DNA from: Pecten maximus
Lineage: Eukaryota
Assembly: GCF_902652985.1 (NCBI RefSeq)
Contig: NC_047019.1
Coordinates: 6,200,001 to 6,264,000 of the forward strand
Reading direction: 5' to 3'
Length of the DNA stretch: 64,000 nt
Shown here: in pieces, positions 27,101 through 42,100 of the stretch
Layout: each line of letters opens with the position of its first letter
How positions within the stretch are numbered: the stretch's first letter is position 1
Notes under the pieces: generated by a model
Seen by the model: the letters and a program-made list of their open reading frames with translations, nothing else
Told to the model about the DNA's origin: nothing
Databases searched by the model: none
Position numbers and translations under genes: made by a program

Positions 27101-30100
27101 GAATCAAATAGTTGCATAAGAATCATATCAGCTTTCTAGAAACAGAGGATCATACAAAGGAACTGTAATATTTTAGCAATGAAAGAAGTTGTATAGGCTG
27201 CATGAAATCCATAGATTATGAAAATTATTTTCCTGTCTGAATTTTTACAAGAGCCTGTGTCTGTATGAACAGGAAATATAATAAACTGTATGTTTTTACT
27301 TTTTATTTGTATCTGATACCAACCTTATGTCCGACCCATTCTTCCTTAACAGGATTTAGTGGGAGTGTCTCTGCATCAGCCTTCAGATCTGTCAGCACAT
27401 CCTGTAAATACACAGACTACATCTACACACAGATCTGTCAGTACATCCTGTAAATACACAGACAACATCTACACACAGATCTGTCAGTACATCCTGTAAA
27501 TACACAGACAACATCTACAAACAGATCTGTCAGTACATCCTGTAAATACACAGACTACATCTACACACAGATCTGTCAGTACATCCTGTAAATACACAGA
27601 CAACATCTACAAACAGATCTGTCAGTGTGTCCTGTAAATACAGACTACATCTACACACAGATCTGTCAGTACATCCTGTAAATACAGACTACATCTACAA
27701 ACAGATCTGTCAGTACATCCTGTAAATACACAGACTACATCTACACACAGATCTGTCAGTACATCCTGTAAATACACAGACTACATCTACAAACAGATCT
27801 GTCAGTGTGTCCTGTAAATACACAGACAACATCTACACACAGATCTGTCAGTACATCCTGTAAATACACAGACAACATCTACACACAGATCTGTCAGTGT
27901 GTCCTGTAAATACACAGACAACATCTACAAACAGATCTGTCAGTACATCCTGTAAATACACAGACAACATCTACACACAGATCTGTCAGTTTGTCCTGTA
28001 AATACACAGACAACATCTACACACAGATCTGTCAGTACGTCCTGTAAATACACAGACAACATCTACACACAGATCTGTCAGTACATCCTGTAAATACACA
28101 GACTACATCTACACACAGATCTGTCAGTACGTCCTGTAAATACACAGACAACATCTACAAACAGATCTGTCAGTGTGTCCTGTAAATACACAGACTACAT
28201 ATACACACAGATCTGTCAGTACGTCCTGTAAATACAGACTACATATACACACAGATCTGTCAGTACGTCCTGTAAATACACAGACAACATCTACACACAG
28301 ATCTGTCAGTACATCCTGTAAATACACAGACAACATCTACACACAGATCTGTCAGTACATCCTGTAAATACACAGACAACATCTACACACAGATCTGTCA
28401 GTACATCCTGTAAATACACAGACTATATCTACACACAGATCTGTCAGTGTGTCCTGTAAATACACAGACTATATCTACACACAGATCTGTCAGTACATCC
28501 TGTAAATACACAGACAACATCTACAAACAGATCTGTCAGTGTGTCCTGTAAATACACAGACTACATCTACACACAGATCTGTCAGTACATCCTGTAAATA
28601 CACAGACAACATCTACACACAGATCTGTCAGTACATCCTGTAAATACACAGACAACATCTACACACAGATCTGTCAGTACATCCTGTAAATACACAGACA
28701 ACATCTACAAACAGATCTGTCAGTGTGTCCTGTAAATACACAGACTACATCTACACACAGATCTGTCAGTGTGTCCTGTAAATACACAGACTACATCTAC
28801 AAACAGATCTGTCAGTGTGTCCTGTAAATACACAGACTACATCTACACACAGATCTGTCAGTACATCCTGTAAATACACAGACTACATCTACAAACAGAT
28901 CTGTCAGTACATCCTGTAAATACACAGACAACATCTACACACAGATCTGTCAGTACATCCTGTAAATACACAGACTACATCTACACACTGATCTGTCAGT
29001 ACATCCTGTAAATACACAGACTACATCTACACACAGATCTGTCAGTGTGTCCTGTAAATACACAGACAACATCTACAAACAGATCTGTCAGTACATCCTG
29101 TAAATACACAGACTACATCTACACACTGATCTGTCAGTGTGTCCTGTAAATACACAGACTACATCTACAAACAGATCTGTCAGTACATCCTGTAAATACA
29201 CAGACAACATCTACACACAGATCTGTCAGTACATCCTGTAAATACACAGACTACATCTACACACAGATCTGTCAGTACATCCTGTAAATACACAGACTAC
29301 ATCTACAAACAGATCTGTCAGTACATCCTGTAAATACACAGATAACATCTACACACAGATCTGTCAGTGTGTCCTGTAAATACACAGACTACATCTACAA
29401 ACAGATCTGTCAGTACATCCTGTAAATACACAGACTACATCTACACACAGATCTGTCAGTACATCCTGTAAATACACAGACAACATCTACAAACAGATCT
29501 GTCAGTACATCCTGTAAATACACAGACTACATCTACACACAGATCTGTCAGTGTGTCCTGTAAATACACAGACAATATCTACACACAGATCTGTCAGTGT
29601 GTCCTGTAAATACACAGACTACATCTACAAACAGATCTGTCAGTGTGTCCTGTAAATACACAGACTACATCTACAAACAGATCTGTCAGTACATCCTGTA
29701 AATACACAGACTACATCTACACACAGATCTGTCAGTGTGTCCTGTAAATACACAGACTACATCTACAAACAGATCTGTCAGTACATCCTGTAAATACACA
29801 GACTACATCTACAAACAGATCTGTCAGTGTGTCCTGTAAATACACAGACTACATCTACAAACAGATCTGTCAGTACATCCTGTAAATACACAGACTACAT
29901 CTACACACAGATCTGTCAGTACATCCTGTAAATACACAGACAACATCTACAAACAGATCTGTCAGTACATCCTGTAAATACACAGACAACATCTACAAAC
30001 AGATCTGTCAGTGTGTCCTGTAAATACACAGACAACATCTACACACAGATCTGTCAAAACATCCTGTAAATACACAGACTACATCTACACACAGATCTGT

Positions 30101-33100
30101 CAGTACATCCTGTAAATACACAGACTACATCTACACACAGATCTGTCAGTGTGTCCTGTAAATACACAGACAATATCTACACACAGATCTGTCAGTGTGT
30201 CCTGTAAATACACAGACTACATCTACAAACAGATCTGTCAGTGTGTCCTGTAAATACACAGACAACATCTACACACAGATCTGTCAGTACATCCTGTAAA
30301 TACACAGACTACATCTACACACAAATATGTCAGTACATCCTGTAAATACACAGACTACATCTACAAACAGATCTGTCAGTACATCCTGTAAATACACAGA
30401 CTACATCTACACACAGATCTGTCAGTACATCCTGTAAATACACAGACTACATCTACAAACAGATCTGTCAGTACATCCTGTAAATACACAGACTACATCT
30501 ACACACTGATCTGTCAGTACATCCTGTAAATACACAGACTACATCTACAAACAGATCTGTCAATACATCCTGTAAATACACAGACAACATCTACAAACAG
30601 ATCTGTCAGTGTGTCCTGTAAATACACAGACAACATCTACACACAGATCTGTCAGTGTGTCCTGTAAATACACAGACTACATCTACACACAGATCTGTCA
30701 GTACATCCTGTAAATACACAGACTACATCTACACACAGATCTGTCAGTACATCCTGTAAATACACAGACTACATCTACACACAGATCTGTCAGTACATCC
30801 TGTAAATACACAGACTACATCTACACACAGATCTGTCAGTACATCCTGTAAATACACAGACTACATCTACACACAGATCTGTCAGTACATCCTGTAAATA
30901 CACAGACTACATCTACACACAGATCTGTCAGTACATCCTGTAAATACACAGACTACATCTACACACAGATCTGTCAGTACATCCTGTAAATACACAGACT
31001 ACATCTACACACAGATCTGTCAGTGTGTCCTGTAAATACACAGACTACATCTACACACAGATCTGTCAGTACATCCTGTAAATACACAGACTACATCTAC
31101 ACACAGATCTGTCAGTACATCCTGTAAATACACAGACTACATCTACACACAGATCTGTCAGTGTGTCCTGTAAATACACAGACTACATCTACACACAGAT
31201 CTGTCAGTACATCCTGTAAATACACAGACTACATCTACACACAGATCTGTCAGTACATCCTGTAAATACACAGACAACATCTACAAACAGATCTGTCAGT
31301 ACATCCTGTAAATACACAGACAACATCTACACACAGATCTGTCAGTACATCCTGTAAATACACAGACAACATCTACACACAGATCTGTCAGTACATCCTG
31401 TAAATACACAGACAACATCTACACACAGATCTGTCAGTACATCCTGTAAATACACAGACTACATCTACACACAGATCTGTCAGTACATCCTGTAAATACA
31501 CAGACAACATCTACACACAGATCTGTCAGTACATCCTGTAAATACACAGACAACATCTACACACAGATCTGTCAGTACATCCTGTAAATACACAGACTAC
31601 ATCTACACACAGATCTGTCAGTACATCCTGTAAATACACAGACAACATCTACACACAGATCTGTCAGTGTGTCCTGTAAATACACAGACTACATCTACAC
31701 ACAGATCTGTCAGTACATCCTGTAAATACACAGACTACATCTACACACAGATCTGTCAGTACATCCTGTAAATACACAGACTACATCTACACACAGATCT
31801 GTCAGTAGATCCTGTAAATACACAGACTACATCTACACACAGATCTGTCAGTACATCCTGTAAATACACAGACTATCATCTACACACAGATCTGTCAGTA
31901 CATCCTGTAAATACACAGACTAACATCTACACACAATCTGTCAGTACATCCTGTAAATACACAGACACATCTACACACAGATCTGTCAGTACATCCTGTA
32001 AATACACAGACTACATCTACACACAGATCTGTCAGTGTGTCCTGTAAATACACAGACTACATCTACACACAGATCTGTCAGTACATCCTGTAAATACAGA
32101 CTACATCTACACACAGATCTGTCAGTACATCCTGTAAATACACAGACAACATCTACACACAGATCTGTCAGTACATCCTGTAAATACACAGACTACATCT
32201 ACACACAGATCTGTCAGTACATCCTGTAATACACAGACTACATCTACACACATGATCCTGTCAGTACATCCTGTAAATACACAGACTACATCTACACACA
32301 GATCTGTCAGTACATCCTGTAAATACACAGACAACATCTACACACAGATCTGTCAGTACATCCTGTAAATACACAGACAACATCTACACACAGATCTGTC
32401 AGTACATCCTGTAAATACACAGACTACATCTACACACAGATCTGTCAGTACATCCTGTAAATACACAGACAACATCTACACACAGATCTGTCAGTGTGTC
32501 CTGTAAATACACAGACTACATCTACACACAGATCTGTCAGTACATCCTGTAAATACACAGACTACATCTACACACAGATCTGTCAGTACATCCTGTAAAT
32601 ACACAGACAACATCTACACACAGATCTGTCAGTACATCCTGTAAATACACAGACAACATCTACACACAGATCTGTCAGTACATCCTGTAAATACACAGAC
32701 TACATCTACACACAGATCTGTCAGTACATCCTGTAAATACACAGACTACATCTACACACAGATCTGTCAGTACATCCTGTAAATACAGACTACATCTACA
32801 CACAGATCTGTCAGTACATCCTGTAAATACACAGACTACATCTACACACAGATCTGTCAGTGTGTCCTGTAAATACACAGACTACATCTACACACAGATC
32901 TGTCAGTGTGTCCTGTAAATACACAGACAACATCTACACACTAGATCTGTCAGTACATCCTGTAAATACACAGACAACATCTACACACTAATCTGTCAGT
33001 ACATCCTGTAAATACACAGACTACATCTACACACTGATCTGTCAGTACATCCTGTAAATACACAGACAACATCTACAAACAGATCTGTCAGTACATCCTG

Positions 33101-36100
33101 TAAATACACAGACAACATCTACAAACAGATCTGTCAGTACATCCTGTAAATACACAGACTACATCTACACACAGATCTGTCAGTACATCCTGTAAATACA
33201 CAGACTACATCTACACACTGATCTGTCAGTACATCCTGTATATAAACAGACTACATCTACACACATATCTGTCAGTACATCCTGTATATACACAGACTAC
33301 ATCTACACACAGATCTGTCAGTACATCCTGTAAATACACAGACTACATCTACACACAGATCTGTCAGTACATCCTGTAATACACAGACAACATCTACACA
33401 CAGATCTGTCAGTACATCCTGTAAATACACAGACTACATCTACACACAGATCTGTCAGTACATCCTGTAAATACACAGACTACATCTACACACAGATCTG
33501 TCAGTACATCCTGTAAATACACAGACTACATCTACACACTGATCTGTCAGTACGTCCTGTAAATACACAGACTACATCTACACACAGATCTGTCAGTACA
33601 TCCTGTAAATACACAGACAACATCTACACACAGATCTGTCAGTGTGTCCTGTAAATACACAGACTACATCTACACACAGATCTGTCAGTACATCCTGTAA
33701 ATACACAGACTACATCTACACACAGATCTGTCAGTACATCCTGTAAATACACAGACAACATCTACACACAGATCTGTCAGTGTGTCCTGTAAATACACAG
33801 ACTACATCTACACACAGATCTGTCAGTACATCCTGTAAATACACAGACTACATCTACACACAGATCTGTCAGTACATCCTGTAAATACACAGACTACATC
33901 TACACACAGATCTGTCAGTACATCCTGTAAATACACAGACTACATCTACACACAGATCTGTCAGTACATCCTGTAAATACACAGACTACATCTACACACA
34001 GATCTGTCAGTACGTCCTGTAAATACACAGACTACATCTACACACAGATCTGTCAGTACGTCCTGTAAATACACAGACTACATCTACACACAGATCTGTC
34101 AGTACATCCTGTAAATACACAGACTACATCTACACACAGATCTGTCAGTACATCCTGTAAATACACAGACTACATCTACACACAGATCTGTCAGTACATC
34201 CTGTAAATACACAGACTACATCTACACACAGATCTGTCAGTACATCCTGTAAATACACAGACAACATCTACACACAGATCTGTCAGTACATCCTGTAAAT
34301 ACACAGACTACATCTACACACAGATCTGTCAGTACATCCTGTAAATACACAGACTACATCTACAAACAGATCTGTCAGTACATCATGTAAATACACAGAC
34401 AACATCTACACACAGATCTGTCAGTACATCCTGTAAATACACAGACTACATCTACACACAGATCTGTGAGTGTGTCCTGTAAATACACAGACTACATCTA
34501 CAAACAGATCTGTCAGTGTGTCCTGTAAATACACAGACTACATCTACAAACAGATCTGTCAGTACGTCCTGTAAATACAGACAACATCTACACACAGATC
34601 TGTCAGTACATCCTGTAAATACACAGACTACATCTACACACAAATATGTCAGTACGTCCTGTAAATACACAGACTACATCTACACAGAGGTTAGTGTACA
34701 ATACATTCAACTAAAGATGTTTATTCAATTTAATTCTGTTACTCCAAGTAATATAGTCAAAGTAGTTAGCAAGACAGATCAAATTCACAAATTCACAAAA
34801 AGGTACAAGACATAATGGCAAGCTAGGTCTTTAAATTTCCATGGCAAGAATGCACATGAACAAAATTTCAAGCCTCTAATTGCAAAAAATAAGAAAATAA
34901 AAAAATTAATTTTTTTTTTTTTTTTTTTAAATCATAGACCTTCTGATAAACAATTAAAACAACCTAATTTAAGATGTTCTTTCTGGCGGCCTTGTTGGTT
35001 ACTTATGAACAATTAAAAAGTTTTACTAATAAATAGTGTCAAAATTAAATGTTCTTATTCAAGAATCTCCTTCCCAGAGATTTTAATTAATTGGCAAGTA
35101 CAGTAAGTGACCGTGTTGTATTATTATCCAGTGCAAGTTAGTTCTCTACTCTACTACCTATTTTTTGTTATGAACGCTACAATTTTCCCAAGGCTGATGA
35201 ATTGATAATTTCAATTTTAATAGTGTTGTGTAATGCATGTGCACCTACACTCCATGCATTCTCTTTCTGAAAACCTTTATTTAAAACTGCACCCTAGAAC
35301 ACCACATTATCCACAATTTTTTACCAGATTTATGATTATGAGGGTTCACAATACAATTTTAACTCTCCGAAGTAATTGAAAGACTGGTGCATTTTGTAAT
35401 TACACATGCATCGTGTGAAATCAATTAGTCTATTTCAGAGGAATTTTCTAAAATAGATGGTGCAGACTGCATACTTCAATGTGTTGGATCAAGAGAGTTC
35501 GGTATTAGCTAAGCCCCTATTTGTGGTTTTTGAATGAGAATCAACATGCCAAAGTTTGAAAAAAATCCAGACTTAATAGCCATATATGGCAATCCTTCAG
35601 ACTTGTTTGTACCCAAGAAATTGTGTGGCAAATTTTTTACATGTTCAAAGGTATACTCTATCCCTTAGCAGTGTAGACTTTAAGCGGTATATAATTATGT
35701 AATAAATAAATTGAATTATCCATACCGTTCAAAGTGCAAGCTTGCTATATCAGCGAGCAAAATTTCTATTTTCCTCTATTTAATCAAATTAGATATTGAT
35801 TTCAAGCATAAAGGCTTGCCAATAATACAATGAAAGATATCATAAACTGCATGAGGATTGTACATGAGTGACTATGTCATATGGAATTTATTGAACGATC
35901 AGAGGAATAAATTCAATACGATATAGCCACAAGTATAAGATTCAGTTTATCACATAACTCATAATATATGGGTATAATTAAAAAACTCTGAAATTAATTT
36001 CTAGATATAAGAGAGGAGAATTTTGACTCGGGCATAATGTTTTTCTCTAAAGAGAATGATCACAATATGTGTACTTTCAAAGTAAGACATCAACACCAAT

Positions 36101-39100
36101 CAAAAATGGTATTAGTGCCGTGTCATATGCTTACTGGTTTTTGGGTAAGATTTAAAATAAACAATTTGACCTCTGACCATCTGTTTGCCTCCCACTCCCC
36201 TAATATCTCTGAATTATAAACAGAAAATCTATCAGAAACAATGGGTCATCAATCATATTGGCCTGGCCTTGTCTGTGATAATTGATTCAGAGCACCTCAC
36301 TGGTTTGCTGTGCTCTTACCTGAAGTGACAGGGTCCCTCTCACACAGATGACAACCTTCTTGTGTCCATGGTCCAAAGCCACGTAGAAAGGCGTCTCCCC
36401 GATCTGAAAGTAAACAAGACGAGTCTGAGCTGATTACTCACGAATGCTGCCTGGTATTGATGCGATGGAATGCAACATGGCATACCATCCTTTACTTAAG
36501 CATGAAGATGTGGGTGACTGTTGGGAAGCAATCGTATTAACGGTGTAAATTAAATTTAATGTAGTCAACGAGACATGTAATGAAATCAACTCGTGATCAC
36601 TTATAAATAACAGTTTTTAATAGAATTATACAAATTAATGATCAGACTCAAAATAAGAAAAAACGAGATGAAGAATCACATGTCACAATTAAAAACAACA
36701 GTGTATTTCAAACAGCAAGCAATTTGATCCGATATTGTAGGAGTGAAACAAATGACGGAAAATGTATCACAATTCAGAACACACTCTAAATTGTACCTAA
36801 TGCCTCATAAAATCACTTTGGAATGATTATTGTGATGTTAACCAAATATATCGGAAATGTGACAGTGTTAAAATCTATTTAATTTTAATGTGATATCACA
36901 ATCAGAATCGTCATTCCAAGCACATATTAGGTGAACTAAGAAAGGTAGGGGCTTGGCCGTGTATAAGCCAGCGGGAATCTATTATGCTAGGGTAGGTTTG
37001 GTGCTTTTAGTACTATGTATCGACAGGAGCTTAATTGCTGTGGTGAGCATTGTGTTACAGGCTGTAATTAAACAGGCTATTGCAGTATAACTAAACCAGG
37101 CTATGTCGTATTGTTACCACAACCAATTACTAGGAACGTTTCCTGCTATCAAGTAGAGAGAATATTTTACGATCATCAATAAACCAATACTTTCACGGCT
37201 CACAGTACTTGAGACAAAGAATATTGTATGATCATTAACGAACACTTTGACCGAGGAACAAGTTGTCTATACGGGGAGGGTTAAGGTCAGGAGATCGGGA
37301 CAGTTATTGTAATAAAGTCTGACATAAACACACAGCCTTCAAAATCAATACAATGGCTTCGGTGACGTGTCCTTAGCTGTCACACTCAGAGATATCACCA
37401 CACACACCAACAGAGCAGGTTTAATACTGCTTTGCGGAACAAAACCTGATAAACTCTCCATGCTTCACCGATTTCTAAATTGATATCTTTTACATATAAC
37501 CAGGAAATAAGAAAGCATGGAAGCTGTCTTTTTTTTTCTAATAGAAATTATTACTCATGACATTGACACATTTGAAGTCATAAACAGCATCTATCAATAT
37601 TTTACACAATGAGATTTTGTTTTTTATGGGCTTAACATCCTCGCAACAGCCAGGGTCATTTGAGGACAGACACACAATGAGTATTGTATTTGCCATTAAA
37701 AAATGGTTAAAGAGGGGGGTGCTTATTAAGGTGACTTTTATAATCTAAAAATAAGAAGTCGGTAAGAAAAATTGGAAGTATTATGACCAGATATTTAAGA
37801 TTTACCAGCAGTCTCTAAGCTTTGTTCACCAAACTGAAGTCTCTACATGTAAAATTTAAGTAAGATGACTTATTTTTAAGTTGTTTCCCGATTACGCGGG
37901 GCGTTTATACCAATTTCTCCACCGGAAAAAGGAGAGGCACTTAAAGGGACATGGGTGCTTATTGCAGCGAATACGGTATGAATTTCACATGAAAAAAAAT
38001 TCACGTGAAGGAATATTGCCTGTGTCTAAATCTAAAAAATTCCTGCATGAAAAAGTACGGGGGAGATGTTCCAGAAGCATTTAATCCTTACTTGAAGGTA
38101 ACTTTTTTACCTATTAAGATGTTCCTGTCAACAAAATCCAAAGCAAAATCATATCCAGATACACATACATATTGACATCATGAATGTTATAAACCTCTCT
38201 TTTTCAAAGAGGCTGTGTAATAACCAAAACTCCATCACGCGGAATAAGAGACAGTGAAATGCTTTTACATTAATCAAGCTGTGGACAAATTGGTTCTGGC
38301 AAAGGACCGGCTATAAAACTGTGCTGCGACACTAGAGATGGTAAATAATAGGAACAGCTAGAGGGGAAGTGACACAGCCTCTATACCTCTCAACTGTAAC
38401 ACTGTGAGACACGAAACACTCCCAACTGTAACACTGTGAGACACGAAACACACCCAACTGTAACACTGTGAGACACGAAACACTCCCAACTGTAACACTG
38501 TGAGACGCGAAACACTCCCAACTGTAACACTGTGAGACACGAAACACTCCCAACTGTAACACTGTGAGACACGAAACACTCCCAACTGTAACACTGTGAG
38601 ACGTGAAACACTCCCAACTGTAACATTGTGAGATGTGAAACACTCCCAACTGTAACACGTACTGTGAGACACGAAACACTCCCAACTGTAACACTGTGAG
38701 ACACGAAACACTCTCAACTGTAACACTGTGAGATGTGGAACACTCCGAACTGTAACACTGTGAGACGCGAAACACTCCCAACTGTAACACTGTGAGACAC
38801 GAAACACTCCCAACTGTAACACTGTGAGACACGAAACACTCCCAACTGTAACACTGTGAGACACAAAACACTCCCAACTGTAACACTGTGAGACGTGAAA
38901 CACTCCCAACTGTAACACTGTGAGACACAAAACACTCCCAACTGTAACACTGTGAGACCCGAAACACTCCCAACTGTAACACTGTGAGACGCGAAACACT
39001 CCCAACTGTAACACTGTGAGACGTGAAACACTCACAACTGTAACACTATGAGATGCGAAACACTCCCAACTGTAACACTGTGAGACACGAAACACTCCCA

Positions 39101-42100
39101 ACTGTAACACTGTGAGACACGAAACACTCCCAACTGTAACACTGTGAGACAGGAAACACTCCCAACTGTAACAATGTGAGACACGAAACACTCCCAACTG
39201 TAACACTGTGAGACACGAAACACTCCCAACTGTAACACTGTGAGACGCGAAACACTCCCAACTGTGAGACGCGAAACACTCCAAACTGTAACACTGTGAG
39301 ACGTGAAACACTCCAAACTGTAACACTGTGAGACGTGAAACACTCTCAACTGTAACACTGTGAGATGTGAAATACTCCCAACTGTAACACTGTGAGACGC
39401 GAAACACTCCCAACTGTAACACTGTGAGACGCGAAACACTCCCAACTGTAACACTGTGAGATGTGAAACACTCCCAATTGTAACATTGTGAGACGCGAAA
39501 CACTCCCAACTGTAACACTGTGAGACGTGAAACACTCCCAACTGTAACACTGTGAGACACGAAACACTCCCAACTGTAACACTGTGAGACAGGAAACACT
39601 CCCAACTGTAACACTGTGAGACGCGAAACACTCCCAACTGTAACACTGTGAGACACGAAACACTCCGAACTGTAACACTGTGAGACACGAAACACTCCAA
39701 ACTGTAACACTGTGAGACACGAAACACTCCCAACTATAACACTGTGAGACTCGAAACACTCCCAACTGTAACACTGTGAGACCCGAAACACTCCCAACTG
39801 TAACACTGTGAGACCCGAAACACTCCCAACTGTAACACTGTGAGATATGAAACACTCCCAACTGTAACACTGCGAGACATGAAACACTCCCAACTGTAAC
39901 ACTGTGAGACACGAAACACTCCCAACTGTAACACTGTGAGACGCGAAACACTCCCAACTGTAACACTGTGAGATGTGAAACACTCCCAACTGTAACACTG
40001 TGAGACGCGAAACACTCTGAACTGTAACACTGTGAGACGCGAAACACTCCCAACTGTAACACGCGAAACACTCCCAACTGTAACACTGTGAGACTCGAAA
40101 CACTCCCAACTGTAGCACTGTGAGACCCGAAACACTCCCAACTGTAACACTGTGAGACCCGAAACACTCCCAACTGTAACACTGTGAGACATGAAACACT
40201 CCCAACTGTAACACTGCAAGACATGAAACACTCCCAACTGTAACACTGTGAGACACGAAACACTCCCAACTGTAACACTGTGAGACGCGAAACACTCCCA
40301 ACTGTAACACTGTGAGACGCGAAACACTCCGAACTGTAACACTGTGAGACGCGAAACACTCCCAACTGTAACACGCGAAACACTCCCAACTGTAACACTG
40401 TGAGACGCGAAACACTCCCAACTGTAACACTGTGAGACAGGAAACACTCCCAACTGTAACACTGTGAGACGCGAAACACTCCCAACTGTAACACTGTGAG
40501 ATGCGAAACACTCCCAACTATAACACTGTGAGACGCGAAACACTCCCAACTATAACACTGTGAGATGTGAAACACTCCCAACTGTAACACTGTGAGACGC
40601 GAAACACTCCCAACTATAACACTGTGAGACGCGAAACACTAACGTTTTCATCAGACAACTTCCCCTTCAACTATTGTATTCAGTGGTCGGGTGGCACAGT
40701 GGTAACACACTTGCATTTCACCTAGGCAGCTGGGGTTCGTTTCCCCGATCGGACATGAAAAGGTATGAGGTCACCTGCCCTGGAACCATGAAGGTTTTAC
40801 TGGGGTTCTCAAGTATCCTCCCTTTCCTTCCACAGCAAGACCCCTTGCACATTTTAATCCGGGCCAACAAGCATATAAATATATATATAAGTTTTTTCGC
40901 AATGGTTGTAAAATATATAAACTTTTCTTTTTTTACCGTATTCAAAAGGCAAACATAGGATTTTTCTTCAACTAGCATTTACCTATCAAATACTGATGGG
41001 AAATGTCTGCTGTGTATGCTTTTTACCCCTCTAATGACCAAATGTCTCACTTTTGAAATGTCTTTTCTGTTTATGCCTGTTCCCCTCTAATGACCAAGAG
41101 ACTTTTGAAATGTCTTTTCTGCAGCAACAGTATGAAGACATAAAATATGTGTCACTTTGCCATAGAAGAATTATGGCTATCAGATCCTTTTCATGTCACA
41201 GCAACTTTGAGCACTAGCTTCTATATTTTGAAAACTTGAAAATTTCTATACTTCAGGATAAGTTGATTATTGATGAACTGGAGTTAAAAACTCCATTGAA
41301 GTAGATATGATGTACCCGTGGTCAAAAGTGTTGAAATAATTTTCTATTTATAATAAAAGTGACCTTCACCTATGACCTTCAAACGAGAAAAGCAAACCCA
41401 AGGATGCAATTTAAGTGAGGACACAGTGTATGGAGTTCGAGGTTGATAAGCTCAAAGAAATTCAATTATACACATATACATTCTCTTCAATGTGTGTGTA
41501 ATGTGTTAATGTGTGCGTAATGTGTAAATGTGTGCATAATGTGTTAATGCGTGCATAATGTGTGTCTCCCTGGAAATATGCATTATTTCACAACATTTAA
41601 AATGGAGTCAGACAACAAAAGTTGACAGCAATGTCAATGGATGTATACACACATACTGTTTGGCAACTGTCACCATTAAAGCACATTTCAAACAAAGCCA
41701 GGCCACAAACAGACAGGCATAAGTCGCCGCCAGTCACGTAAATATTTACCTCTACATGGTAGGTGACATAAGCAATGTCGGTTTCTTTCAGGCCACTCAG
41801 CTTCAGCAGTGCCACAAAGTTACAGTGGCAACAGTTATCGTCAATCAGGTCAGCATCCTTACTGAAGGACGCCCCACAGGCATGGCAGCAGCAGCACCTA
41901 GGGTACATCAAATACATGAGTAGTTTAGGATTGATTTTCTGATGGTGCAAAATTTTCTATCTTGAAAACTGATTAAAAGAGAGAAAGTGTTATACTGAAA
42001 CATTCATTCAAGCATCTCAATGTTCACAAAATTGCAAATCTACTTTGAAGTCTTAAAACGATTGTAACAAGCAATCGCAGAGTTGGATCTTGGTAAACAG

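Noticed and set aside
28124-34815. Short ORFs containing repeated QDVLTDL as tandem alternative exons
   Set aside because: Units lack a credible donor giving an in-frame exon and omit the rest of the exon; read-through hits stops within three canonical units.
38332-40590. Long minus-strand ORFs (719 aa, 414 aa and others)
   Set aside because: Artefacts of the 32-bp minisatellite; the same peptide cycles through all frames.
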